From positions 3,661 to 67,660 of the forward strand of contig QFBU01000002.1 in NCBI GenBank assembly GCA_003265975.1: a stretch of 64,000 nt of DNA. Direction: 5' to 3'. Source of the stretch: Candidatus Marinamargulisbacteria bacterium SCGC AAA071-K20. GTDB lineage: Bacteria > Margulisbacteria > Marinamargulisbacteria > GCA-2716485 > AAA071-K20. Positions 48,055 through 56,563 of this stretch are shown in pieces. The position numbers and the translations under genes are program-made. Positions within the stretch are counted from its first letter, which is position 1; each line of letters opens with the position of its first letter. The notes under the pieces were generated by a model. That model had not been told where the DNA came from. It ran no database searches and saw only the letters and a list, made by a program, of their open reading frames with translations.

Positions 48055-48201
48055 ATAATAGATAATAACACTTAAAGATATAAAAATAATAGAGAAAAGC
48101 TATTAATATATTATTAATAAATTTTCTTTGTTGTACTTTTAGTACGAAGATTATAAAAATGTAAAATATTATCGAAATATAAAGTTTTAAGGGGTGTTGT
48201 A

Positions 48202-49129
48202 ATGAATAAAAAAAATTATTTCTGGTTTAGGAAAGACATCGGAAGCGACGTCTATAGTGGGTGTTTTTTTTAATGGGATATTAACGCCAAGGGACGATGA
48301 AAACGTAGTTAGAAAATTCTTTGTTGAGTTAATGCCTCGAATAAAATCATTAAGCAATGCAATTGGAAGGCAACTATTAAATTTAGCTGAGGGGGCTCCA
48401 GTACAATTGCAAATTCCACTCACTGCTAGTACTCGTGCTTTTTTGGATTTGGTTGATGAAGCGGATGAGCTAGCACAAATTATAGAAGTTGCAGAAAGGT
48501 TTAATGTGACGGTGGTTAGTGACTCTACTTACACCAATTTTGTTTATGAAGGTAAGTGAGTTTGTTTACTTACTGAAATTGTAGGTACTGAAGCTTACCA
48601 GAATGTGGTTGATATTACCTCGTTTTCAAAATCGGGTGGGGCGATTATGTATAGAACAGGAATAACTATTACTAGGGATGAAGAAATTATGATTCAGTTA
48701 GAAGATAGGGTCGCTCATATTGCGGCTAGTCCTCCCGTGGTGAGTCAAAAAGCGGCTGAGTATGTGATGAACAATTTTCAGGATCTATTGAGTCCAGCTC
48801 TTGATGAGTTAACTGCTAATAGAGAAATTATGTGTAGAGGATTAGAAGAACAGGGGTTTGATTTTAAGAGTCCAGATGGAGGTGTTTATGTGTGGGTTGA
48901 TTTAAAGGATCACTTTGATGGTACTGCGTTACAGTTTTTAGAAAAATCGTTGTCTGAGGGCTTGGTAATTATGCCTGGTGAGTATTTTTATGAAAATGAT
49001 CACTTTACTAAGGCAGGGTCTGAAGCGGATACCACTAGGGTGAGATTGTCTTTTTGTAATAGGGAAGCGAGTGAACAAGAGCTAGCTTTGTTAAGAGGGG
49101 TTTTGGATAAGATTAGTGCTGGGGCTTAG
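48202..49129 (+). pseudogene. Decayed class-I aminotransferase gene (5'-truncated, frameshifted near a T8 run, one in-frame TGA)
   Basis: Track ORFs 48257-48559 and 48605-49129 are in the same frame. They are separated only by TGA 48557-48559: ...NVTVVSDSTYTNFVYEGK*VCLLTEIVGTEAYQNVVDITSFSKSGGAIMYRTG. SFSK is the PLP-lysine motif. It lies only ~140 codons from the first possible start, versus ~240 in intact enzymes. ATG 48202, which has a good SD, is in a different frame and stops at 48271 inside a T8 run. Confidence 0.7.
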
Positions 49130-49593
49130 CTTTCTTCAAATAATTTAAGTTTATTTTCTGCAATTGCTGTTGATATCTTAATTAGTTTCTTGAAGAACTT
49201 TTCTATTTCTAGTGGGTCTTCGATGGGTGTTTTGTTTTTGGAAATTTCTCCACTATCAAATTTATAGATGGTTTCTTTTTTATTCAGCGAGCCTTCTTCT
49301 AAATAGAGGATTTCTTCTTTGGTTATTTTTACTATGAAGTAGTCTTCTTTATTTGGAGACTGGTTTGTTGTTAAGAAGCTTCTTTCGTTGTCTTTGAATA
49401 GTTTGTGGAATTCTTCAGACACTGTAAATCCTTCTGTTTGTTTGGGTGCTTCAGTTTTTGGTGCTTCTGAGGTGGGTTGAGTTTCGTTTTTGGTTTCGCC
49501 TTCATCTTTTTCTTGGGTTGGGGGTATGAAAGACATTTCTTGTCTTAAAGTTACGTCTATTGTTTTGAATTGTTGTTTTTTGTCTTCGTTCAT
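49126..49593 (-). CDS. 155-aa acidic hypothetical protein
   Basis: Its ATG overlaps the upstream stop (TAATG). The N-terminal half is disordered and Glu/Thr/Pro-rich (PTQEKDEGETKNETQPTSEAPKTEAPKQTEG). The C-terminal half is structured and ends in an amphipathic helix. Confidence 0.5.
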   Translation of the reverse strand: MNEDKKQQFKTIDVTLRQEMSFIPPTQEKDEGETKNETQPTSEAPKTEAPKQTEGFTVSEEFHKLFKDNERSFLTTNQSPNKEDYFIVKITKEEILYLEEGSLNKKETIYKFDSGEISKNKTPIEDPLEIEKFFKKLIKISTAIAENKLKLFEES

Positions 49594-50165
49594 TAGACTG
49601 GGTTGCTTAGTTCATTAGCTGCACTTGATATGTCTTGGAATAAATATGCTAGATCACCAGCAATGGCGGTTGAGTTTCCCCCATGAACATTTAATGCTCT
49701 ATCGATGCTAGTAAGCGTATCTAAAATACTTGAAGCATCAGGGCTTCCTAATTCAGTTAAAGTATTTAGCATGTCTTTAGCTCCGTCTAAATAACGTGGT
49801 ACATTTACTTCGGCTTTTTTATTATCTCCCCTCAAAGCAATGTCTTGAAGTGCCTCAAAGGCACTTGAAGAGCAGGTGGATACTATGGTTAATTGATCTT
49901 TTCGAGGAGTAGTTTGCTTTTGAGGGCTTGCTTCTGATTTATCTGTAGAAGCTACACTTGAAGCACCACCACCACTCAATGCTATAACAACCCGACTTAT
50001 TGCTCTTCCAATAGACGAAAACCTCGAAGATTTTGCTGGAGAACTTGGTTTTGCATCAGGAGCGTCAACTTTACTACTGAATAATTTACTAAATCTAGAT
50101 GCTAGATTGCTAACTCCATTACTTATATTTCTACCCGCTGATCCCATTGCCTGCATAAAATACAC
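49593..50165 (-). CDS. 190-aa Ser/Ala-rich hypothetical protein
   Basis: GTG 50165 has AAGGA 9 nt upstream. The N-terminal ~90 aa are Ser-rich and low-complexity; the C-terminal ~100 aa look helical. No motif recognised. Confidence 0.5.
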   Translation of the reverse strand: MYFMQAMGSAGRNISNGVSNLASRFSKLFSSKVDAPDAKPSSPAKSSRFSSIGRAISRVVIALSGGGASSVASTDKSEASPQKQTTPRKDQLTIVSTCSSSAFEALQDIALRGDNKKAEVNVPRYLDGAKDMLNTLTELGSPDASSILDTLTSIDRALNVHGGNSTAIAGDLAYLFQDISSAANELSNPV

Positions 50166-50235
50166 TCACTTTTTTCCTTATGCAGTGTATATACCCAAAA
50201 ATAAATTTAGATAAACAATTTGATATACTGTAAGA

Positions 50236-50772
50236 ATGAACTATCAAGAAATAATTGAATTTTGGTTTGAAGATATAGAAACCAAGCAGTGGTATAAAAA
50301 AGACGATGTTTTTGACGATCTGTTACGGACTCGGTTTTTAGAGATTCATAAACAAATATCTGAGGGTAACTGTAGCGAATGGCGTAAGTATAGCGAAGGG
50401 ACGTTGGCCGAAATTATTGTATTAGATCAGTTTTCGAGAAATATGTTCAGAGGGTCGGGAGACTCCTTTGCCTACGACAGTTTAGCTCTAGACCTCGCCA
50501 AAGACGCCGTTTTAAGAAAAGTAGACTTAGACCTAACCATCACCAAGCGATCTTTTTTGTATATGCCGTATATGCATAGTGAGGTATTGAAAGATCACGA
50601 TGAAGCGTTGGTGTTGTTTAGCCAGACAGGAATGGAGGCAAATTTGTCTTTTGAGCACGCTCACAGAGCTATTATTGAGAAGTTTGGACGATTTCCTCAC
50701 CGTAATGCAGTTTTGTGTAGAGCGTCTACTGACGAAGAAATAATGTTTTTGGAGACAAATTCTGGGTTTTGA
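50236..50772 (+). CDS. DUF924-family protein
   Basis: IIEFWFEDIETKQWYKKDDVFDDLLRTRF, ILDQFSRNMFRG and RFPHRNAVLCR match the DUF924 pattern as I remember it. Confidence 0.75.
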   Translation: MNYQEIIEFWFEDIETKQWYKKDDVFDDLLRTRFLEIHKQISEGNCSEWRKYSEGTLAEIIVLDQFSRNMFRGSGDSFAYDSLALDLAKDAVLRKVDLDLTITKRSFLYMPYMHSEVLKDHDEALVLFSQTGMEANLSFEHAHRAIIEKFGRFPHRNAVLCRASTDEEIMFLETNSGF

Positions 50773-50811
50773 GTGTAGAAAAAGTTTTCACGTGAAAACA
50801 TTGGAGTATTT

Positions 50812-51252
50812 ATGAAATATTTACATACTATGGTTAGGGTTAAAGACTTGGAGGAATCGCTCCATTTTTATTCGACTATTTTAGGATTGAAAGAAGTAAG
50901 ACGAAAAGAAAGTGAAAAGGGGCGGTTTACCTTAGTATTTTTGGTCGCGCCTGATGATTTTGAGCGAGCTCAAAGTGAGGCAGCTCCTGTTTTGGAATTA
51001 ACTTATAACTGGGATTCTGAAGACTATGAGGGTGGACGAAATTTTGGGCATTTGGCTTTTCAGGTTGATGATATCTATGATTTTTGCGAACAGTTACAAT
51101 CTAAAGAAGTGACGATTAATCGACCTCCTAGAGATGGGTATATGGCGTTTATAAAATCTCCTGATGGAATTTCTATTGAGCTTTTACAGGCGGGGGACAG
51201 GAAAAGTCCTGCGGAGCCTTGGGTTTCTATGAAAAACACTGGGGACTGGTGA
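50812..51252 (+). CDS. gloA: Lactoylglutathione lyase (glyoxalase I)
   Basis: MKYLHTMVRVKDLEESLHFYSTILGLK, LELTYNW and GHLAFQVDDIY...SPDGISIELLQ are GloA/VOC motifs. Confidence 0.88.
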   Translation: MKYLHTMVRVKDLEESLHFYSTILGLKEVRRKESEKGRFTLVFLVAPDDFERAQSEAAPVLELTYNWDSEDYEGGRNFGHLAFQVDDIYDFCEQLQSKEVTINRPPRDGYMAFIKSPDGISIELLQAGDRKSPAEPWVSMKNTGDW

Positions 51253-51363
51253 TTTTTTGAGGGTTCTCGTTATGAGAAGCATAACGACGAAAAAGGTCTT
51301 ATAGAGATAAGTGAGTTTATAAGTATGTTATGTTGTTATAATCCCCGTCGGGGATTAATCTCT

Positions 51364-52353
51364 CTAAATTAAAATAATCCCTAAAATAGTTAAGGCAGAT
51401 ATTAACCATAATGAAATTGCGAATAGAAACGCTTTTGTGTCTAGGTTCTTTATCATGTCTTTTGAAATCATCGATCCAATTAAAAACAAAATAAATACTA
51501 GACCTTGTTTAGAGTAGCCTCCAATTATTTCGCCAAGCGGCTTTAATTGAGGAAAATACCAAGTGATGGCAATCATAGCTACAAACCCAATAATGAACCA
51601 AGGACAGCTTAGTTTAGATGTGGCAGCGCCGTCTGTATCTTTACGGTTAACCATACTAATAACTAGAGTAACGGGAATGATAAATAGGGCTCTTGTTAGT
51701 TTGATTGTGGTTCCAATTTCTAATGCCTCTTGGCTAAATTGCATGGTAGCTCCTACCACCGAACTAGTGTCGTGTATGGCAAGTGCTGCCCATAAGCCAA
51801 ATTGGTAACTTGATAGTTCTATTAACTGACCAATTAGTGGAAAAATACATAGGGCAATAGCGTTTAAAATAAATACTGTAGTTAAGGCATAGGTGATGTC
51901 TTTTTTTTTTGGATTAAGCGTTGGAATTACAGCGGCAATAGCGCTTCCCCCGCATATGGCTGTACCTACAGAAATTAGTAGGAATAGTTTTTTATCGACT
52001 CCAAATGCACGTCCTAAAATTGATCCCACTGTGAGAATGAATGCGATTGATCCAGTGATTATTCCAATTTGAGTGATAGAAAGCCCGCTTATTATAGACA
52101 AATTAATATTGGCACCTAGGCCTATAATTGAAAGTCCGAGTAGGATAGGGATCCACTTATTTGTTATTTTTGGTAGTGGGTTTGTTAATGTTAGTCCAAA
52201 GACTGCACCAACTACTAGGGCTATTATTGCCGATGGACTAATTATCAAGATGGCCAAAGAGATGAACACAAATGCTAGTTTTTTTGGCTCCAATAATGTA
52301 GGTATTAAAAGTGTTTTTTTACTTCTCATAGTTGTATTATTCCCATATTTCAT
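51364..52353 (-). CDS. YeiH/UPF0324-family integral membrane protein (putative sulfate-exporter family)
   Basis: About 10 TM helices in 329 aa. It is divergently paired with a LysR gene, as in the E. coli yeiH-yeiE pair. Confidence 0.7.
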   Translation of the reverse strand: MKYGNNTTMRSKKTLLIPTLLEPKKLAFVFISLAILIISPSAIIALVVGAVFGLTLTNPLPKITNKWIPILLGLSIIGLGANINLSIISGLSITQIGIITGSIAFILTVGSILGRAFGVDKKLFLLISVGTAICGGSAIAAVIPTLNPKKKDITYALTTVFILNAIALCIFPLIGQLIELSSYQFGLWAALAIHDTSSVVGATMQFSQEALEIGTTIKLTRALFIIPVTLVISMVNRKDTDGAATSKLSCPWFIIGFVAMIAITWYFPQLKPLGEIIGGYSKQGLVFILFLIGSMISKDMIKNLDTKAFLFAISLWLISALTILGIILI

Positions 52354-52437
52354 AAAATTTAATAATAGTAAAAATTAATATAGTATAAATATATTTTATA
52401 TTATGATAGACTTCTCCCATAATTGAAAGGAATTTCT

Positions 52438-53358
52438 ATGAATGGTTTAAATGCTTCGTTGTTGTCTACATTTGTATGTGTTGTTGAGCAAAAGAAAGTT
52501 TTAACAGCCTCAAAGGTTCTGAATTTAACGCAACCAGCAGTTACTACTCAAATTAGACAATTGGAGTCTCACTTAGGGGTCGTGTTGTTTACAAGATCAG
52601 TGAAAGGGATGGTTGTAACTTCTGCTGGAGAAACCTTATATAGTTATGCTAAAGACATACTATTATTGGTAGACGAAGCTGTCACTGAGGTGTCGAAGGG
52701 GTCTAAACTAAAAGGAACGCTTTCAATTATCGCTAGTTCTACTATTGGTTCTTATGTTTTACCGTCTATTTTGCATCAATTCTCGCTAGAGTATCCAGAC
52801 CTAAAAATCACCCTTGAGTTAGGAAATACCCAAGATGTTATTGGGAGTATTTTAAAGGGCAAGCACTTTATGGGATTTATTGAAGGGGTCTCTAATCATC
52901 CACCGTTAACATTTAAGCCGTTTTTAGAAGACGAGCTTATTATGGTGTCATCTCCATTATTTCGTAAGAAAGTTAAGACTATTAAAGATTTGGAAAAGCT
53001 ACCTATTATTTCTCGTGAATATGGGTCAGGGACAAGAGCCATTATTGAGCAACGCCTTAAAGATTTGGGACTGAGTATTAAAAAAATGAAGTCGCAATTT
53101 GAGTTTGGTGGGACTGAGGCTATTAAGTCTGCGGTGATGGACAACTTAGGGGTGTCTATTTTGTCTAAATTTGCGGTGAGGTCTGAACTTCAGTCTGGTC
53201 GATTGGTAGCTCTCCCTTTTAAAGGATTGATATTGAGCCGTGACTTTCAATGGGTGATGAACTCAAAAGACTTAACAGGTATCAATAAGTTGTTTTTTGA
53301 ATTTACCACGAAATTTGTTAAGACCGAAGACAGGTATGTCTCTTTTTATTCAATTTAA
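52438..53358 (+). CDS. LysR-family transcriptional regulator (YeiE-like position)
   Basis: The track uses TTG 52423. ATG 52438 has AAAGGAA 7 nt upstream. The HTH reads LSTFVCVVEQKKVLTASKVLNLTQPAVTTQIRQLESHLGVVLFTR. Confidence 0.87.
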   Translation: MNGLNASLLSTFVCVVEQKKVLTASKVLNLTQPAVTTQIRQLESHLGVVLFTRSVKGMVVTSAGETLYSYAKDILLLVDEAVTEVSKGSKLKGTLSIIASSTIGSYVLPSILHQFSLEYPDLKITLELGNTQDVIGSILKGKHFMGFIEGVSNHPPLTFKPFLEDELIMVSSPLFRKKVKTIKDLEKLPIISREYGSGTRAIIEQRLKDLGLSIKKMKSQFEFGGTEAIKSAVMDNLGVSILSKFAVRSELQSGRLVALPFKGLILSRDFQWVMNSKDLTGINKLFFEFTTKFVKTEDRYVSFYSI

Positions 53359-53367
53359 CTGGTCTTT

Positions 53368-53517
53368 TTAAGCCGATTCTAAACCAGTAGAAATAGCGCC
53401 AATTGCGCCTAGTGCCAATGATTCCTTGGCGGTACTTTTTTGAAATGTAGTAGTAATTTTGTCACAATAATTACTCCTTTGACTTTGTTGAAGGTTGGCT
53501 GCAGTAGGTGAGTGCAT
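53368..53517 (-). CDS. Unannotated 49-codon ORF with a strong SD (small Gly/Ala-zipper-tailed protein?)
   Basis: Below the track length cutoff. AAGGAG lies 7 nt upstream of ATG 53517. The translation is MHSPTAANLQQSQRSNYCDKITTTFQKSTAKESLALGAIGAISTGLESA, ending in TAA 53368-53370. Confidence 0.45.
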   Translation of the reverse strand: MHSPTAANLQQSQRSNYCDKITTTFQKSTAKESLALGAIGAISTGLESA

Positions 53518-53633
53518 AGGGTTTCTCCTTATTTACAGTTAATCTTACTAGTTATCGTTATATAGGTGTATAAATTTCATTACTTATTAAGTTTTCGATT
53601 AATTGCGTTAAACGGGGATTTAAAATGCTTTCT

Positions 53634-53710
53634 TGGTGTGCCCAGAGAGATTCGAACTCCCGACCTCGACATTCGTAGTGTCGCATTCTATCCAGCTGAA
53701 CTATGGGCAC
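53634..53710 (-). tRNA. tRNA-Arg (anticodon ACG), CCA encoded
   Basis: The minus strand reads GTGCCCA-TA-GTTC-AGCTGGATA-GAAT-G-CGACA-CTACGAA-TGTCG-AGGTC-GGGAG-TTCGAAT-CTCTC-TGGGCAC-A-CCA. It folds as a full cloverleaf: 7-bp acceptor stem, T-loop TTCGAAT, and anticodon loop CT-ACG-AA. Confidence 0.92.
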
Positions 53711-53721
53711 CCAGACCAAGA

Positions 53722-53749
53722 ATAGTACCAAATTAAGTGCGTTTGTTAA
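53722..53749 (-). promoter_or_regulatory. Candidate promoter for tRNA-Arg (extended -10)
   Basis: The minus strand reads TTAACA-N16-TACTAT with TGG immediately 5' of the -10. The -10 ends 11 nt before the mature tRNA 5' end. Confidence 0.35.
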
Positions 53750-54018
53750 ATCTCAAAGACTTTTTAGCTCAACGATAGTGTGCATTTTATGCTTAAAAAA
53801 AGTTCAAATGGAACCCGTTCCTTTTGGAGGTAGTTCAATTACTGGTGAACATAACATAAATTAAAGTAAAGTATTCGGTTTTTTCAACTTACTTCAAGAC
53901 ACAAGTGCAGATTTGATAAATTCCGAAACAGGTGAGAATTTATAATTCTCGTGAATTGAGTGTTTAAACATGAGGGGGCTCTAGAATTTATACCTCAAAT
54001 TCTCTTGTTTGGATTTAT

Positions 54019-54735
54019 TTAGTTGAGTAAGGGTCTAATAAACGGGTTGTTTGTTTTTTCATGACCAATCGTAGTGTTTTTTCCATGACCAGGCAAAATC
54101 AGCGTATCTTCAGGAAGCGTATATAGTTTTTCCTGAACACTTTTCACCAAATCTTGAGGGTTACTTAGTGGTAGGTCGGTTCGTCCCACAGACTCTCTAA
54201 AAAGAGCATCTCCAGAAAGACAAATATTAGAAGGCGCCTCCTGAGAAAAATCACCTAATAAGGTTGCATTTAGATTTTCAAAGTACATCGCGATATGACC
54301 TGGTGCGTGACCTGGTGTAAACAATAGTTTGGCGGAAATGGATCCAATATTAAATGTGTCCATATCGTCTAAATTAACATCAGCATTAGGAATATTAAAA
54401 TAGGAGCCCTCATCAAAGCCACTTTGTTTGGCATAATTTTCAATATTTTTACCTACGATCCATTCTTTAGAATGGTAATAAAGAGTGGGCGTTGGTTTCC
54501 CTTTTTTCTCTAGAAGTTCAAGTAAGGGCTTAACTGCCCCGCCATGGTCAATATGACAGTGAGTTAGAAAAATACTCTCAACGGTATAATTATCTAAATC
54601 GACAGACTCTAAAATTAACTCTAGATCGGCTCCGGGGTCCACAAAGCAAATTATTTTTTCATCAACATTAATTAGTACTCTAGCGTTTTGTCCAAAGTGA
54701 CTGACTGTTTTGGTGATAATTTGTAAATTATTCAA
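54019..54735 (-). CDS. MBL-fold metallo-hydrolase (glyoxalase II-like)
   Basis: The THCHIDHGG metal motif and TPGHAPGH. The TTG start overlaps the upstream stop (TTGA). Confidence 0.83.
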   Translation of the reverse strand: MNNLQIITKTVSHFGQNARVLINVDEKIICFVDPGADLELILESVDLDNYTVESIFLTHCHIDHGGAVKPLLELLEKKGKPTPTLYYHSKEWIVGKNIENYAKQSGFDEGSYFNIPNADVNLDDMDTFNIGSISAKLLFTPGHAPGHIAMYFENLNATLLGDFSQEAPSNICLSGDALFRESVGRTDLPLSNPQDLVKSVQEKLYTLPEDTLILPGHGKNTTIGHEKTNNPFIRPLLN

Positions 54736-55211
54736 GAGCCATAGACCTCAAGTATTTTATCAATGATGGTGCTAGTTGAGAGGCCATCGACAAAAGGAAG
54801 AATCTTAACTTCTCCACCATAACCAATTACTACGGGGTATTCGGGAAGTGTGTCAAAGCTATAGTCTCCACCTTTAACGAAAATATTTGGCTTGAGAGTG
54901 TTAATTGTTGAAATGGGTGTGTCTTCATCAAATAGAACAATTAGGTCAATGCTTTCTAGTGCAGAAAGAGTTTTAGCACGATATTTCTCAGCAACTATGG
55001 GTCGTTTGGGGCCTTTAATCGATTGTACAGATTTATCTGAATTGAGTCCCAACACTAAAAAATCGCCACAGCTTTTTGCATCTTGTAGGTAACTAGTGTG
55101 TCCTGCATGTAGGATGTCAAAGCATCCGTTTGTAAATACAATTTTTTTACCAAGCTCCTGCTGGTCTTTAATAATTGATTTAGCTTTTTCTAGAGTTTTA
55201 AGTTTAGGCAT
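54732..55211 (-). CDS. hldC: D-glycero-beta-D-manno-heptose-1-phosphate adenylyltransferase (stand-alone RfaE domain II)
   Basis: FTNGCFDILHAGH is the cytidylyltransferase HxGH motif; 159 aa; it directly follows the kinase gene. Confidence 0.87.
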   Translation of the reverse strand: MPKLKTLEKAKSIIKDQQELGKKIVFTNGCFDILHAGHTSYLQDAKSCGDFLVLGLNSDKSVQSIKGPKRPIVAEKYRAKTLSALESIDLIVLFDEDTPISTINTLKPNIFVKGGDYSFDTLPEYPVVIGYGGEVKILPFVDGLSTSTIIDKILEVYGS

Positions 55212-56191
55212 TATTTACTATCGCGTTTAATCACTTTTTTAATTTCTTCTAAAGTTGTCGTGGATGTACCTAATTTTCCTACAACAACACTTGCTGCGTA
55301 ATTGGCAATTCTTGCTGCGTCTTCAAAAGTACATTTTGCGGCTAGTGCTTGGGCTAGCGTTGCAATAACGGTGTCACCGGCTCCAGTAATATCAAATACT
55401 TCCTTAGCCATTGTTGGTATATCTATTTTCTCTTTTTCAGTGATCAAAGACATTCCTTTTTCAGAACGAGTCACAAGTAACGCTTTTAATTGAAGTTTTT
55501 TAATCAGACGTTTTCCTTCAATTTCGATGTCTTTTTCTTTCGTAACTTTCTTTTTGATAACAGTAGTAAATTCAGAAAAATTTGGAGTAAGTATAGTGGC
55601 GCCTTTATATTTTAAATAGTCATCGCCTTTAGGGTCTACTATTACGGTTTTTTTATGTTTTTTGGCAAGTTCAATAACACGTTTTAAAAAGGACCTGGTC
55701 ATGGTGCCTTTTTGATAGTCAGATAGAAGTACCGACCCAATTCCCTTGATTTCCTCTTCAATTTTTGAAAAAAGTTTGTTTCGAGTTGCTAGTCTAACGT
55801 CGCTACTGTTTTCTCGGTCTACTCGAGCAACATGTTGTTGGTTGGCTATAATACGTGATTTTAAAATAGTAGGCTTTTCGAAATCTTGAACAATTCCTGA
55901 AATTTGAATTCCGGTTTGATTTAATATGCTGATGAGTTTTTCGCCGGAGCTGTCTTGGCCAACGGTACCAATTAGAATTGGCCTTCCTTGAAGGTGGTCG
56001 ATATTAAAAGCGACGTTGCTGGCGCCACCAGGAACAAGTGTTGTTTTTGTTACTTTACATACAGGAACCGGGGCTTCGGGAGAGATTCTCTTAACTTCAC
56101 ACCAATGATACTCGTCGAGCATGATGTCGCCGATAACCAGTATGGACTGTTTTTTGAGTGTATCACATTTATCTAGGAGTTTTTTTGACAT
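55211..56191 (-). CDS. hldA: D-glycero-beta-D-manno-heptose-7-phosphate kinase (stand-alone RfaE domain I, PfkB family)
   Basis: ILVIGDIMLDEY, GGASNVA and the PfkB C-terminal motif DITGAGDTVIATL. Confidence 0.87.
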   Translation of the reverse strand: MSKKLLDKCDTLKKQSILVIGDIMLDEYHWCEVKRISPEAPVPVCKVTKTTLVPGGASNVAFNIDHLQGRPILIGTVGQDSSGEKLISILNQTGIQISGIVQDFEKPTILKSRIIANQQHVARVDRENSSDVRLATRNKLFSKIEEEIKGIGSVLLSDYQKGTMTRSFLKRVIELAKKHKKTVIVDPKGDDYLKYKGATILTPNFSEFTTVIKKKVTKEKDIEIEGKRLIKKLQLKALLVTRSEKGMSLITEKEKIDIPTMAKEVFDITGAGDTVIATLAQALAAKCTFEDAARIANYAASVVVGKLGTSTTTLEEIKKVIKRDSK

Positions 56192-56258
56192 ATTTTAATT
56201 ATATCAAATTAGTAAATGGCGTACTAGGTAATAAGCTAAATCGTCAATAAATAAGGTG

Positions 56259-56514
56259 CTAAGCGGCTCCAGAACCGGTTCTTAGACTGAAGTGATTGAA
56301 TGCTTTTCGAACGTTTTGGAAACCCTTGTATTCTGGGGCATGTCCTGTTGTGGTAGGGTCAAACATTCCCTGACCTACATAACCAGTTTCTTGTTTGAAA
56401 AATAGTATGTTGTATATCAGAGCCGTCAAAAGTTATTACTCTAACTAGTCCATCTTCGTTTTTTTCTGTATTAAATAAAGGGTCAAGGGTGATTGCAAAG
56501 GCGTCTATAATTTT
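56259..56514 (-). pseudogene. Start-less, frameshifted gene remnant in the hldA / lepA intergenic region
   Basis: Two adjacent minus-strand frames read like real protein. The first is KIIDAFAITLDPLFNTEKNEDGLVRVITFDGSDIQHTIF. After a 1-nt shift at the A5/T5 run 56398-56402 comes FKQETGYVGQGMFDPTTTGHAPEYKGFQNVRKAFNHFSLRTGSGAA*. There is no ATG/GTG/TTG at the 5' end, which is bounded by a stop at 56515-56517. Family not recognised. Confidence 0.4.
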
Positions 56515-56563
56515 CTAAGAACATAGCCTTAGACCTATAGAGTCTGATAGAATATCCAGTCCA

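Noticed and set aside
48102-48118. ATTAATA-TAT-TATTAAT inverted repeat as a LysR T-N11-A box (and the similar TATAAA-N5-TTTATA at about 52395-52411 near the second LysR)
   Set aside because: Both are pure A/T palindromes in nearly 100% AT spacers, where such dyads are expected by chance. They are plausible operators but not supportable from sequence alone.
48557-48559. In-frame TGA in the aminotransferase as evidence for UGA recoding (genetic code 4/25 or selenocysteine)
   Set aside because: Several well-supported genes in the window terminate at TGA at the expected protein length (for example pabB, pabC, gloA, DUF924 and the FGGY-like gene). The same gene also has a 5' truncation and a frameshift, so a pseudogene is the simpler reading.
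50181-50196. GGGTATATACACTGCA (minus strand) as a sigma-54 promoter for the 190-aa orphan gene
   Set aside because: The GG-N10-GC spacing and TGCA are present. The predicted start site, however, would fall at or after the Shine-Dalgarno of GTG 50165, so it is inconsistent with the gene model.
51267-51356. Two small hairpins between the convergent gloA and yeiH-like genes (TCGTTATG-AGAAG-CATAACGA, and AATCCCC-GTC-GGGGATT)
   Set aside because: The stems are short, one loop is only 3 nt, and neither strand has a U-tract. The evidence is too weak to call terminators.
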